Source: Candidatus Cloacimonadales bacterium (GTDB lineage Bacteria; Cloacimonadota; Cloacimonadia; Cloacimonadales; JAFGVF01). From it: a DNA stretch of 64,000 nt. A model generated the notes under the pieces. That model was not told the origin of the DNA and did not search any database. It saw only the letters and a list, made by a program, of their open reading frames with translations. The position numbers and the translations under genes were made by a program. Where the stretch lies: NCBI GenBank assembly GCA_963677495.2, contig CAXXOU010000002.1, positions 128,001 to 192,000 on the forward strand, written 5' to 3'. Shown here piece after piece: positions 38,568 through 48,885 of the stretch (its first letter is position 1; the number at the start of each line of letters is the position of its first letter).

Positions 38568-39667
38568 TATTTAATTAAATCCCTGTATAGTTGTTCAATT
38601 TGTTTCTGTGAAACTTCGAAAGGATTAAGTGCCATATTACGACTTCCCATCACTTCCTTAACTCGTTTTGATATGAACTCTTCAGTCATCTCCATCTCTG
38701 GAGCATCTAACTTGAAATCATCAAGCCATGCATAAAACTCTAACTTTGTCATCTTGATATTCTCAAACAGGTCATCCAATTCTCTTTTGATATGTGGATA
38801 ATAAAGCTCCATCATTGCTTTCATAAAGATACCGTTTGAGAGACCGTGTGAAACACCAAAGACTGTTGTTACAGGGTATCCAATTGAGTGCTGTAATGTT
38901 GTGCTTGAGTGCGAAATGACCATGCCACCGTACAAAGCAGCTTGCATCATTGCAGCTCTAGCTTTCAGGTTATTCGGTTCTTTTATAGCTGTTTTGAGGT
39001 TGTCGATAACCAGCCTTACACCTTTATAAATGAGGGGGTAGGTAAGCTTTTCTCGTTTGTTTGAATATAACCCTTCTAATAAGTGACTTAAGGCATCGAT
39101 TCCGGTGTCTCGTGTGACTTTTGCTGGCATAGAACATGTATATGTAGGATCACAAAACGATATGTTTGGGAAGATTGCCGGTGAACCAAACCCGGCTTTT
39201 TTACTTCTTTCAACATCTGTTATAACGCTATATGGTGTTGCTTCAGTTCCTGTTCCACTTGTAGTAGGTACTGCAATAATTGGCAATGCTACATCATAGA
39301 AGTTAGGGTCAAAAATGTCTCTCAATCTTATGTTGTTTTTCCCTAAGACAGCAATCGCTTTTGCTGCATCTATTGGACTTCCACCACCTATTGCTATTAC
39401 ATAATCACATCTATTATTCTTGCAGATTGCTCTACCTTCTGCAACTGAATCCAATGTTGGATTCTCCACTATTTTATCAAAGATAACGTATTCTTGGTTA
39501 AGCTCTTCAAGTGCTGCGATAATATCATCCAATGCTCCTGATTTCTTAGCTGAACTTTTACCCGTTACGATTAATGGTTTTCTTCCTAGTTTTCTTATTA
39601 ATCTTGTATTTTCTTGAATGCATCCCTGTCCGAATATGACTCTACTTGGCATAAAAAATGAATTCAT
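38567..39667 (-). CDS. Iron-containing alcohol dehydrogenase family protein
   Basis: GGGSPIDAAK, VPTTSGTGTE, DALSHLLEG, HSIGY...HG. Confidence 0.9.
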   Translation of the reverse strand: MNSFFMPSRVIFGQGCIQENTRLIRKLGRKPLIVTGKSSAKKSGALDDIIAALEELNQEYVIFDKIVENPTLDSVAEGRAICKNNRCDYVIAIGGGSPIDAAKAIAVLGKNNIRLRDIFDPNFYDVALPIIAVPTTSGTGTEATPYSVITDVERSKKAGFGSPAIFPNISFCDPTYTCSMPAKVTRDTGIDALSHLLEGLYSNKREKLTYPLIYKGVRLVIDNLKTAIKEPNNLKARAAMMQAALYGGMVISHSSTTLQHSIGYPVTTVFGVSHGLSNGIFMKAMMELYYPHIKRELDDLFENIKMTKLEFYAWLDDFKLDAPEMEMTEEFISKRVKEVMGSRNMALNPFEVSQKQIEQLYRDLIK

Positions 39668-39744
39668 TATTACTCCACATATTGTTTTGTTATTAATCTT
39701 ATATTAATTCTAAAGCTGTCAAATGAAATCTGATTCATTCCAAT

Positions 39745-39937
39745 AGCAAACTATCAATCAAAACGTAGTCATCCCACTGTTTTCCCACTGTGCAAGCACT
39801 GTGCACCCAGTGAAACAGTGGGTTAGCAGTGCCTTCACAGTGCGTGCACAGTGGGAGCACAGTGCGTTGGTGGATAGAGCAGTAAAAGTGAGTAAAAAGG
39901 GCAATAAATATAGCTAAGTTATTGAAAAAGGCACTGT
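39745..39937. repeat. ~190-bp dispersed element with 11-bp-periodic CACTG/CAGTG palindrome (copy 2, inverted)
   Basis: CACTG at 39775/39786/39797 and CAGTG at 39816/39827/39838/39849/39860. Reverse-complement homolog of 21510-21700. Confidence 0.8.
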
Positions 39938-39950
39938 GTATGTATTCAGA

Positions 39951-40186
39951 AGCGGTCACCATTACGACCAACGGGAGTTCGGGGAATTGCGACTTAGAAG
40001 TACGAAATGTATAAGCTCCGCAATTCCCCAAGCTCGCAAACTCGCACTGGTGACTGCTGCTTTAGCTCGTGTCCATGAGAGCTTGCGACTTCGACGCAAA
40101 GCGAAAGAAGGCAAGCTAATCAGACTTAAGTGGTAAAAATTCAGCTTGGAGTCGAACTCCCGTTGGTCGTATGGACTCTAGCTTTT
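39951..40186. repeat. Composite MITE/REP-like element with a perfect 19-bp inverted repeat
   Basis: TACGACCAACGGGAGTTCG (39963-39981) / CGAACTCCCGTTGGTCGTA (40153-40171). Inverted homolog at 48886-49100; partial copies near 43740 and 55797. Confidence 0.8.
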
Positions 40187-40805
40187 GTGTTTATGATACA
40201 AGCCCTTTTGTGTTTCTGATACCAGCCCTTGGGACTGAAACTGAATAGCTATGGGCGCAAGCCCATAGAATGGTAAAGCCAAATACCCCAGCCCTTTATG
40301 GGCTGAATGTTAAACGCTAATCCTGAATGAAAGGGTTACCTGTGAATAGTCCCGAATACGATTAGAGGTTCTTGTATACAATAAGTCACTACCCCAATCG
40401 GTTGCATTTGGATTGGTGTTGTAGATTGCTGTTTAAAACATATTCGACCCCGTTGGTGTCGTCTGTTTGTTGGTATTCTCCTAACCATGTATTCCATGGC
40501 TACTCACATTTTATCCCGCTGGGATAATGACCACCTACTCGTACTCCTTTTAGTCGAATGGACTCGTGCTTAGGATATCGGAATATAAACCCCCAAAAAA
40601 ACATTTGGCACTAGCAACAATTACCACTATAATGTAAAACAAGAACTAAACATGGTATGTAAACACGAAGATTCTTATTGACATCTTTGTGTTGATTTTA
40701 AAGTTCAGAATAAGATTGAATCCTGAGATTAAGGTGAAAACTGAGGTCAAGGGGTGGAAAGATCACTAAAAGCTACTGCTCCGCCATAGGAGTATTAGAT
40801 AGATT

Positions 40806-40839
40806 AACTCCATTCCAGCCTCGGAATAGGAGTTTTTTT
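40806..40839 (+). promoter_or_regulatory. Leader terminator/SD-sequestering hairpin directly before the hyd maturase operon
   Basis: AACTCC-ATTCC-agcctc-GGAAT-a-GGAGTT followed by TTTTT, 1 nt before the ATG. The 3' arm contains the AGGAG SD. Confidence 0.6.
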
Positions 40840-40840
40840 A

Positions 40841-41089
40841 ATGGAAAAATTAATTAGAACGATTACGATTACTGTAACAGACCGAGAAGCTGCTTACAAC
40901 CCCGTAAACTCTCTTGTGCATGACATTGCACACAACATCCGCTTGCGTACCGGCTATCCAATGCCGGATAAGAACGCATCAATTCTATTTCTTATTGTTG
41001 AACTTACAAATGATGAACTCGGAGCTTTCTCCGGGAGATTAGGGCAAATACCATCAGTCTCAGTCAAATCAACTACGCTTAAAATATAA
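40841..41089 (+). CDS. TM1266-family iron-only hydrogenase system putative regulator (ACT-like)
   Basis: 82 aa with VNSLVH...IRLRTGYP...LGAFSGRLGQIPSVSVKS, located before hydG. Confidence 0.8.
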   Translation: MEKLIRTITITVTDREAAYNPVNSLVHDIAHNIRLRTGYPMPDKNASILFLIVELTNDELGAFSGRLGQIPSVSVKSTTLKI

Positions 41090-41107
41090 AAAAAAGATAA
41101 AGAGGTA

Positions 41108-42520
41108 ATGATGAAAATCGATGTAGAAGGCTTAAAATCTTTCATCCCGGAAAAAGAGATCTGGGGATTACTGGAAAAGAACGCTGAACCAACCCATGAA
41201 CAGGTTGAGAAAGTTTTAGAAAAAGCTGCTCTCAAAAGAGGTTTAGACCTTGAAGATGTATCTATCCTTATTCAAAGTAAAGAGCAAGGTATGCTTGATA
41301 AAATCTTTACTCTTGCAAAGCAGATAAAAGAGGAAATCTACGGACGTAGAATCGTGCTTTTTGCCCCTCTCTATGTTGGAAATGAGTGTATTAACAACTG
41401 CGTTTATTGCGGATTCAGAGTTTCTAACAAAGAGTGCCATCGTGCAACTCTTAGTACCGAAGAACTCAAGAACGAAGCACTTGCACTTGAGGATTTAGGG
41501 CACAAACGCCTTATCATGGTTTATGGTGAACATCCTATGTATTCACCTGAATTCATCAAAGAAACTGTTGAAACTGTATATGCTACCAAAACGGAGAAAG
41601 GTGAGATTCGTCGTGTAAACATTAATGCTGCACCTCTCGATGTGGAAGGTTTCAAGACAGTTAAGTCTGCCGGAATAGGCACTTATCAGATTTTCCAGGA
41701 AACATATCACCAGGAAACATATAAGAAACTGCATCCATCAGGACCAAAGAGCAACTATCTTTGGAGACTTTACGGCTTAGATAGAGCGATGGAAGCGGAT
41801 ATTGATGACCTTGGTATCGGTGCTCTTCTCGGATTGTATGACTGGCGTTTCGAAGTTATGTCACTTTTAGCTCATAGTTTCCATTTAGAAGAGAAGTTTG
41901 GGGTTGGACCTCATACAATATCTTTCCCTCGTATTGAGCCTGCTCTAGGTAGTGATTATACATTACATCCTGAATATGCAGTTAGCGATGATGATTTCAA
42001 GAAACTCGTTGCTATCCTCCGTCTCGCTGTGCCATATACAGGCATGATTCTTACTGCTCGTGAACCGGTAGAGATCAGAAATGAAGTTATCAATTACGGT
42101 TGCTCCCAGATTGATGGTGGTTCCAGTATCGGTATCGGTGCTTATTCAGCTACAGATGAAGAAACAGTGAAGAAGAGTCAGTTTGTACTCGGTGATAATC
42201 GTTCTCTTGATGAAGTGGTTAAGGAGCTTGCAGAGCATGGCTTTATTCCTTCCTGGTGTACAGCATGCTATAGACTCGGTAGAACAGGACATGACTTCAT
42301 GGGCTACTCAAAAAGCGGAGAGATTAAGAGCTATTGCCAACCTAATGCTATCCTCACATTTACAGAGTTTCTCAATGACTACGCTTCACCGGAGACTAAG
42401 AAAGCCGGAGCTAAACTTATCGAACAAGAGATGCCGAAAGTTCCTGAAGGCAACTTAAAAGAGCAATTAAAGAAGAAACTAGCTCGCCTGAATGCTGGTG
42501 AACATGATATGTACTTCTAA
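41108..42520 (+). CDS. hydG: [FeFe]-hydrogenase maturase HydG (radical SAM)
   Basis: LFAPLY...CINNCVYC, IRRVNIN, FQETYH, GPHTISFPR and the C-terminal CTACYR...YC auxiliary cluster motif. Confidence 0.93.
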   Translation: MMKIDVEGLKSFIPEKEIWGLLEKNAEPTHEQVEKVLEKAALKRGLDLEDVSILIQSKEQGMLDKIFTLAKQIKEEIYGRRIVLFAPLYVGNECINNCVYCGFRVSNKECHRATLSTEELKNEALALEDLGHKRLIMVYGEHPMYSPEFIKETVETVYATKTEKGEIRRVNINAAPLDVEGFKTVKSAGIGTYQIFQETYHQETYKKLHPSGPKSNYLWRLYGLDRAMEADIDDLGIGALLGLYDWRFEVMSLLAHSFHLEEKFGVGPHTISFPRIEPALGSDYTLHPEYAVSDDDFKKLVAILRLAVPYTGMILTAREPVEIRNEVINYGCSQIDGGSSIGIGAYSATDEETVKKSQFVLGDNRSLDEVVKELAEHGFIPSWCTACYRLGRTGHDFMGYSKSGEIKSYCQPNAILTFTEFLNDYASPETKKAGAKLIEQEMPKVPEGNLKEQLKKKLARLNAGEHDMYF

Positions 42521-42528
42521 AGGACAAT

Positions 42529-43602
42529 ATGAGAAAGTTTAACTTTGATAACCTGAGTCGAGAAGAGATTATTGCTCTTCTAGAGACTACAGACAGGAAG
42601 GAAGTGGATGCTTTATACAAAGCTGCTTATGCTCAGAAACTAAAAGAGATAGGACCTAATGTCTACCTCAGAGGAATTGCTGAGATAAGTAACATCTGCA
42701 CTAAGGATTGCTATTATTGCGGTATTCGCAAGAGTAACAGCAATGTTAATCGTTATAACATGACAAAAGATGACATCATCAATGCTGCTAAGTTCTGCCT
42801 TGAACATGATTATGCTTCAATTGCTATCCAAGCTGGTGAACGAGATGACCCGGAATGGGTAGACTTCATTGAGGAAGTTGTTACTGAGATTCATGCTCTA
42901 AGTGACTTTAAACTCGGTATCACACTATCGCTTGGTGAACAAACAAAGGAAACGTTTGCACGCTGGCGTAAAGCCGGTGCGACAAGGTATCTGCTGAGAA
43001 TAGAGTCATCTGATCCTGAACTATATAAGAAGTTACATCCTGCAGACCATTCTTTTGAAAAACGACTTGAAAGCCTTAGGTTCCTTAGAGAAACTGACTA
43101 TCAGGTAGGAACAGGTGTGATGATTGGTTTACCATACCAGACAGCTGCTAACTTAGCAGATGATATCCTCTTCATGAAAGAGTGGGATATCGATATGATT
43201 GGTATGGGACCTTATATACCACATCATGAAACTCCTCTTGCAGAAGCTGATTATACATTTGATGAAGAGCGTCAACTTGATCTTGGTCATCGCATGATTG
43301 CACTTGTAAGGCTTGTTCTTAAAGATGTGAATATAGCAGCAACTACTGCGCTTCAGGCTCTAGGTGGAGATGGACGCATTAAAGGTTTACAGGTCGGTGC
43401 CAACATCATTATGCCAATCGTGATTGATGATACAAACTATCGAAAGAACTACTTCCTTTATGATAACAAACCCGGTGTTGATGAGAACTGCGAGTCATTC
43501 CGCATGAAACTGGAAGACAATATCAAAGCTATTGGTGAGAATATTGTCTATGGAGAACGAGGTGATTCAAAGCACTACAAAAAGCGAAAAGGTTTAATCT
43601 AA
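42529..43602 (+). CDS. hydE: [FeFe]-hydrogenase maturase HydE (radical SAM)
   Basis: CTKDCYYCGIR, TLSLGE, RYLLRIE, GTGVMIGLP, GMGPYIPH, IAATTALQ, YFLYDNKP. Confidence 0.9.
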   Translation: MRKFNFDNLSREEIIALLETTDRKEVDALYKAAYAQKLKEIGPNVYLRGIAEISNICTKDCYYCGIRKSNSNVNRYNMTKDDIINAAKFCLEHDYASIAIQAGERDDPEWVDFIEEVVTEIHALSDFKLGITLSLGEQTKETFARWRKAGATRYLLRIESSDPELYKKLHPADHSFEKRLESLRFLRETDYQVGTGVMIGLPYQTAANLADDILFMKEWDIDMIGMGPYIPHHETPLAEADYTFDEERQLDLGHRMIALVRLVLKDVNIAATTALQALGGDGRIKGLQVGANIIMPIVIDDTNYRKNYFLYDNKPGVDENCESFRMKLEDNIKAIGENIVYGERGDSKHYKKRKGLI

Positions 43603-43623
43603 TAAATTATAACTGCGAACGAT

Positions 43624-43653
43624 AGGGGAGCATGGAGCAATTCATGCTCCCTT
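43624..43653 (+). terminator. Hairpin terminator after hydE
   Basis: GGGAGCATG...CATGCTCCC stem. Confidence 0.6.
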
Positions 43654-44000
43654 GTCAATTTTTCGGACTTGCACCAGTCTTCGCTTAAAAGCTACGCCCT
43701 GACAAGCCGCAGTGAAACGTGGGGTGAGGATGAAATCCTTAGCTCGCGTCCATAGGAGCTTGCTATTTCTACGCCAAGCGAAGAATGGCAAGCTATTCTT
43801 AAGTCAGTGGGCAGAAGTCCTTACTGTTATTTGAGACCCCATGTAAAGAATTAAGGAAGTCCGCTTTTACTTCACTAGAGATACGCTTCCGGCAAACTCC
43901 CTACATTCTTTAGATTACTCATTTTTTCTCAAATTTTACATTAAATTGGCCTTCCGATTCCCTGATGGAATCTGGACTAAGAAAGGTGTTTCAAAGGTAT

Positions 44001-44070
44001 CCCACAGGTGACCCTCTCGTGACCCTCTCGTGGAAGGGCTCGATTTATTCACATCATGTGGATAACTTGA
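44001..44070. repeat. Dispersed intergenic element with 11-bp tandem units and an inverted DnaA-box pair (copy 2)
   Basis: CAGGTG/CTCGTG at 44005/44016/44027, then TTATTCACA-tca-TGTGGATAA. Homologous to 4719-4790. Confidence 0.7.
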
Positions 44071-44294
44071 AAATCTAAGCTACACTTTCAAAAGTCACGG
44101 GACTGGAAGGGGAGAGGTAGGCGAAATTTGGAAAAGTGGATAAAAAGCGGATATTGAGAAGGGTTATTTAGTGAAGATGCATTAATCAAAGAAATAGGTT
44201 TACAACTTTCAAAACATAGTTATGATTTGAACAATTATAGTGTAATAGGAGAGAAACCGTTAACCAACCCTAATTTGTAAATAAGGAGAAGAGT

Positions 44295-46427
44295 ATGAAG
44301 CAGATGATTCTGCTCTTTTCTGTGCTGAGCATAGCAATTATCATAGCTATACCTATTGAGGAGAGAGATTTCAGTGTTTTCTTATATGGAAACGACGATA
44401 CTTTTGCCTATGATAATTGGTATTCTCATCTTGCAGAAAATGTAGCACGTCCGGGTTATAATGATTATGCCCCCTTTGATAGACAACTGACAGGTTTTGG
44501 GGGATACGTACAACCTTCAGCAACCGACTCACTAAATTGGTATAATGCAGTTTATGCGTTTGCCAATGATAATCTCCCAAATGCTCAATCATGGTTGGAT
44601 AACAGCTCTTTGCCATTTGAGGTGCTTTATATGGATGATACTGATACAGGTCGTAGATACAACGTTCTCAGAGAGCTACCGGATACATTGTATTATGATG
44701 ATAATAACACTCTTGATTTGCTTGATGATGAGATCGGTGCTTTTACTCACGGTTGGGGATTAATTGTAAAGAATGAGGAGAGCACAAATCCAAGTATTAT
44801 CTCTGTTGTTCACCCATGTGATGATTTCATTGCAGTACCGGTTGCTTATGATATCTTTAAAAAGCTTGATGCGAGGTATCTAATCATAAATGGTGTAGGC
44901 AGAGAAGTAGCATATTGGGGTTCAGCTTCAAGCTTCAATAATAGTCGTGCCCTCAGTGATCCGAGCAGGAATGCCAGCCATCCTAATCATACTGCTTTCA
45001 AAGCTGCTTGTGATGAGATTAGAGAGACTTTCAACAGAGAAGAGTTTGTGTTGCAGTTGCATAGTTATGACCCTCAAACTGCAATAGATTGGGATGTTAT
45101 CGCTTGCTCAGGTATTGGAAGTTTACACTATAGACCTATTTATGATTGGGATGAAACAAACCAAGGAATTGTCAACAATCTACCCTTTAGAATTCCTATA
45201 CTTGATGGTTTTGAGTATGAAGAGGATTTGAGTATTGTGGAATATTTTGCCATAGCTAACTACGCTAATTATCCTTATGACATTTACTATAGTACGACTG
45301 ATTCTTTGCGTATACAAACAATTAATACTTATGGTGGTTATGGTCCTAACAAACAACGATTGTATATGCAAAGTAGTCCCTTATACAACTATCAAAACTG
45401 GTTGCATATAGAGATGAGAGAGTCTCCATCATACTGTGATGATTGGAGATTGTATTATAACTTCGATGAAGAGACACAGATTTATAATCGTGATGAGCTG
45501 TTCAACAAAGTGATTGAGCACAATAGTCATTGGGTGGATGCACTGGTCAGCTTCTTTCCTGAATTTATTGAAAAGTCGGATGGTGGGATACCCCCGAGTC
45601 CTGTTGCTCCGTTAGTCTATAATCCCGGTATTGTTGATACAGGTGTGTTTCAATGGTCTGAGGTTGAGGACGCTAATTTCTTGAAATATGAATTGCTTGC
45701 TTCTCCACAAAACTCTTTCTCAGAGAGCATTAAATTGATCACAGCGAATACAAGTATAAATGATTCTTGGGTTGAACTACAAAACACTGAGTATTTACCA
45801 AATTACTGGTATCAGGTCACAGCAACTGATTTTGATGGGTCCTTTTCTCAATCGAATAAGGTTTACATTGATTCCAATTACAGCAGTAGTGGCTACCCGT
45901 TTCTGCCATCAAATAGCTTCGAAATTGAATTTGAACGTTCTGATTTCTCAAATGAGCTTGTCGAGGTTCTCCTCCAAAACAAAAGTAATAAAGCTTTTAA
46001 TGTAATAAGCATTACCGGGCTTGAATATCCATTTAGCATTGCTACAGCCAATCTTAGTAGGCCTTTATCTGTCGAAGCCTATGACTTCATAACTATAGAT
46101 GTAGAAATAGATTTGCACACTCCCGGAGCTTATGAATCAGAGTTGATTTTAACTACTGATTGTGATGATATCCCCAGACTCAGATGTAGTTTCAATGCCT
46201 GGATAATAGATTATTCTGCACCTTTACAATCTGAAATCTACGTCGATGAAGAGAATCAGATTGTACTTCGATGGGAGGATAAACCGGAGTCAGAATATCT
46301 TATTTATTCGAGTGATTTCCCTAATTACGGGTATAACTTGTATACAAGAACTGATAAGAACTACCATATTCTAGCTAAAAGGGACAGAGCATTTTATCGG
46401 GTTTATCGGAATAGAAAGGGACAATAA
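44295..46427 (+). CDS. Secreted protein of unknown function with FN3/Ig-like C-terminal modules
   Basis: Signal peptide, HPCDD and LQLHSYD possible metal ligands, FN3-like YWYQVTATD. Confidence 0.7.
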   Translation: MKQMILLFSVLSIAIIIAIPIEERDFSVFLYGNDDTFAYDNWYSHLAENVARPGYNDYAPFDRQLTGFGGYVQPSATDSLNWYNAVYAFANDNLPNAQSWLDNSSLPFEVLYMDDTDTGRRYNVLRELPDTLYYDDNNTLDLLDDEIGAFTHGWGLIVKNEESTNPSIISVVHPCDDFIAVPVAYDIFKKLDARYLIINGVGREVAYWGSASSFNNSRALSDPSRNASHPNHTAFKAACDEIRETFNREEFVLQLHSYDPQTAIDWDVIACSGIGSLHYRPIYDWDETNQGIVNNLPFRIPILDGFEYEEDLSIVEYFAIANYANYPYDIYYSTTDSLRIQTINTYGGYGPNKQRLYMQSSPLYNYQNWLHIEMRESPSYCDDWRLYYNFDEETQIYNRDELFNKVIEHNSHWVDALVSFFPEFIEKSDGGIPPSPVAPLVYNPGIVDTGVFQWSEVEDANFLKYELLASPQNSFSESIKLITANTSINDSWVELQNTEYLPNYWYQVTATDFDGSFSQSNKVYIDSNYSSSGYPFLPSNSFEIEFERSDFSNELVEVLLQNKSNKAFNVISITGLEYPFSIATANLSRPLSVEAYDFITIDVEIDLHTPGAYESELILTTDCDDIPRLRCSFNAWIIDYSAPLQSEIYVDEENQIVLRWEDKPESEYLIYSSDFPNYGYNLYTRTDKNYHILAKRDRAFYRVYRNRKGQ

Positions 46428-46674
46428 TATACTCTATCCTATTGCAAAATAGCTTTTAACTAAAATAAAACTATTGACATGAAATAGCTCTGTAGTATTG
46501 ATGCTACAATTCAAAATACAGGTGAGTGAGATGTTCATTTATTTCTTATAATATTAATGCCCCAATTTAAGTAACGCAGCCCTTCAGAGAAAGGGAGATT
46601 ATCACTATTATTCAATATCTGTTATAATTCTATAACAATCACTATCTATTATTTTTAAGTATTTTGGAGGTTTT

Positions 46675-47968
46675 ATGCCAATCAAAGATAAATTATATGA
46701 AGTTTCGGAAGAGATAAATACAAGAGCTATTCTTGTCACAGTACGCTTAAGAAGATCACAAGAAGATATTAACGATTCCTTGGATGAGCTCGAGAGATTA
46801 GCTGATACAGCCGGTGTAGAAGTTGTTGGACGCTTTGTTCAGAACTTTGATAAACCAAAAGCAGGAACCTATATCGGTCCCGGTTTTGCTGAGATGATAA
46901 AGGAAAAGTTAGAAGAGTTAGATGCTAATCTGGTTATCTTTGATAATGAGCTTACGCCTTCTCAAGGTCGTAACCTTAGTAAGAACTATGAAATGGATAT
47001 CACAGATAGAACTGAGTTAATTCTGGATATTTTCCATCACCATGCAAAGACAAATGAAGCAAGAATGCAGGTTAAGCTTGCAGAGCTTCAATATCAGTTG
47101 CCAAGACTTAAAAGCTTATGGACTCATCTTGATAAAATCAAAGGTGCAGCAGCCGGGTCAATGGGTGCAGGTCGTGGTGCAGGTGAGAAGCAGGTGGAGC
47201 TTGATAAAAGAAAGATTCGTAATGAGATTGCCTCTATTCAGTCTGATTTGAAGAAGCTCAATATTCAGCTTGATACTCAGCGCAAGAAAAGAAAACTAAA
47301 CCATAAACTTGTCTGTCTAGTGGGTTATACAAATGCAGGTAAATCAACTCTATTCAACAAACTGACAGATGCTGGTGTTCTTCAACAGGATATGCTGTTT
47401 GCAACTCTTGACTCGACTTCAAAGTCAGTCGAGATCGGTTTCGGTAATGAGGTTATTCTTACTGATACTGTCGGATTCATAGCAAATCTTCCGCATCAGC
47501 TTGTTGCAAGTTTTAGAGCGACTTTGAAAGAGGTCATGGATGCTGATTTGCTACTGCATGTAGTAGATTGTTCTGATAAGAGATACAAGCAACTGATCAA
47601 CGAAGTAGAGAAAGTCCTACTTGAAATCAAAGCCAATGAAGTGCCGGCTTTACTTGTCTTCAATAAAATTGACAGACTAGAACAGGATGCTATCGATGCC
47701 CTTAGAGAAGAACATCCCTGATGCTATGTTTATCTCTGCTCAGACAGGAGTTAATATTGATGGGCTCAAAGAGCACTTAGAGAATGAGCTTAATCAAGCA
47801 GTTCTAGCTGAACTGATGATACCATATACTGATGGTGCTATTGAGGCTGTTGCACACAAGAAGTGTGAAGTACTCGAGAAGCAGTATAAAGAAGAGGGAA
47901 CATACCTCAAAGTGAGGATTAATATGGAAGATATGAGACATTTTGAAGCTTATAGGATAGGTGAATAG
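46675..47968 (+). CDS. hflX: GTPase HflX, with a single frameshift near 47716
   Basis: FDNELTPSQ, QLPRL, LVGYTNAGKSTL, LFATLD, DTVGFI, NKID. The C-terminal ISAQTG (G5) lies in the shifted frame 47687-47968. Confidence 0.92.
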
Positions 47969-48882
47969 TGGTACCTTACCTCTATTGTCTTATAACAATC
48001 CTCTTCTTCTCAACTTTGGAAGTAGTTGGAAAACTCATTGGGGCGAACATCTCTCCTGCTTCCGTCACCGTATTTAGATTTGTAATTGGAGCTACAGTGT
48101 TAGCTCCAATTGCTCTTTCTGAGGTTAAGAAAGCGAACAAGAAGCTTAGCCCAAAAGAGATTATAGGTATTGTGATACCGGGCATTATAAATGTAGCTAT
48201 TAGCATGTATCTCTTGCAACTCTCCATATTCTATGGAAAAGCATTTCTTTCTGCTATCATTGTCAGTACAAATCCTGTTTTCACTACAATTCTAGCGCAT
48301 TTCATTCTAAAAGAGAAGATGTCTCCTAAAGTGCTGATAGCCCAGATTGTAAGTATCTTAGCCTTAACAGGTATAGTACTTATGGAGAAGGAGTTGCTTG
48401 CTGGTTCAAAGGACTTAGCGTTAGGTATCTTTTTTGCTGTCTTGGCATCAATAACTTTTGCACTCTATACTGTACTATCTAAAAGGCAAGTTAAAGTACA
48501 TGGAAGTATTGTCTTCAACTCTGTAAGCTTCTTTGGTGGAGCAGTGATTCTTGCTCTTTTCACGCTTGTAAAAGGTGGTTCACTAGCCTTTGAAATGAAC
48601 CTAAGAAACATCTCAATGCTACTTTATTTAGGTCTGTTCGTAACCGGACTCGCTTATTATCTTTTCTTCAAAGCTCTGAAGAAGATTCCTGCAGCGGTGG
48701 GCTCATCCTTTTTCTTCCTTAAACCTGTGATCGCAAGTTTACTTGCCTTCTTCATTCTGGGTGAGAAGATGCATCATTTTCAAGCTTTGTTCTATTTACT
48801 CATTGTTGCATCTCAGCTGTTTATTGTGTTTTCAAAATCTCCTCGCCCCTTTGGGGAGAGGATTAAGGTGAGGGGTCGTTAG
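47968..48882 (+). CDS. DMT/EamA-family transporter
   Basis: About 10 TM segments with two EamA repeats (FILKEK, FILGEK). Confidence 0.88.
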   Translation: MVPYLYCLITILFFSTLEVVGKLIGANISPASVTVFRFVIGATVLAPIALSEVKKANKKLSPKEIIGIVIPGIINVAISMYLLQLSIFYGKAFLSAIIVSTNPVFTTILAHFILKEKMSPKVLIAQIVSILALTGIVLMEKELLAGSKDLALGIFFAVLASITFALYTVLSKRQVKVHGSIVFNSVSFFGGAVILALFTLVKGGSLAFEMNLRNISMLLYLGLFVTGLAYYLFFKALKKIPAAVGSSFFFLKPVIASLLAFFILGEKMHHFQALFYLLIVASQLFIVFSKSPRPFGERIKVRGR

Positions 48883-48885
48883 TTT

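Noticed and set aside
40604..40620. TGGCAC upstream of the hyd operon as a sigma54 promoter
   Set aside because: No GC at the -12 position (reads ACAA).
47687..47968. Separate 93-aa gene or programmed frameshift in hflX
   Set aside because: It is the HflX C-terminus (G5 motif). No slippery heptamer is present and it lies in an indel-rich stretch.
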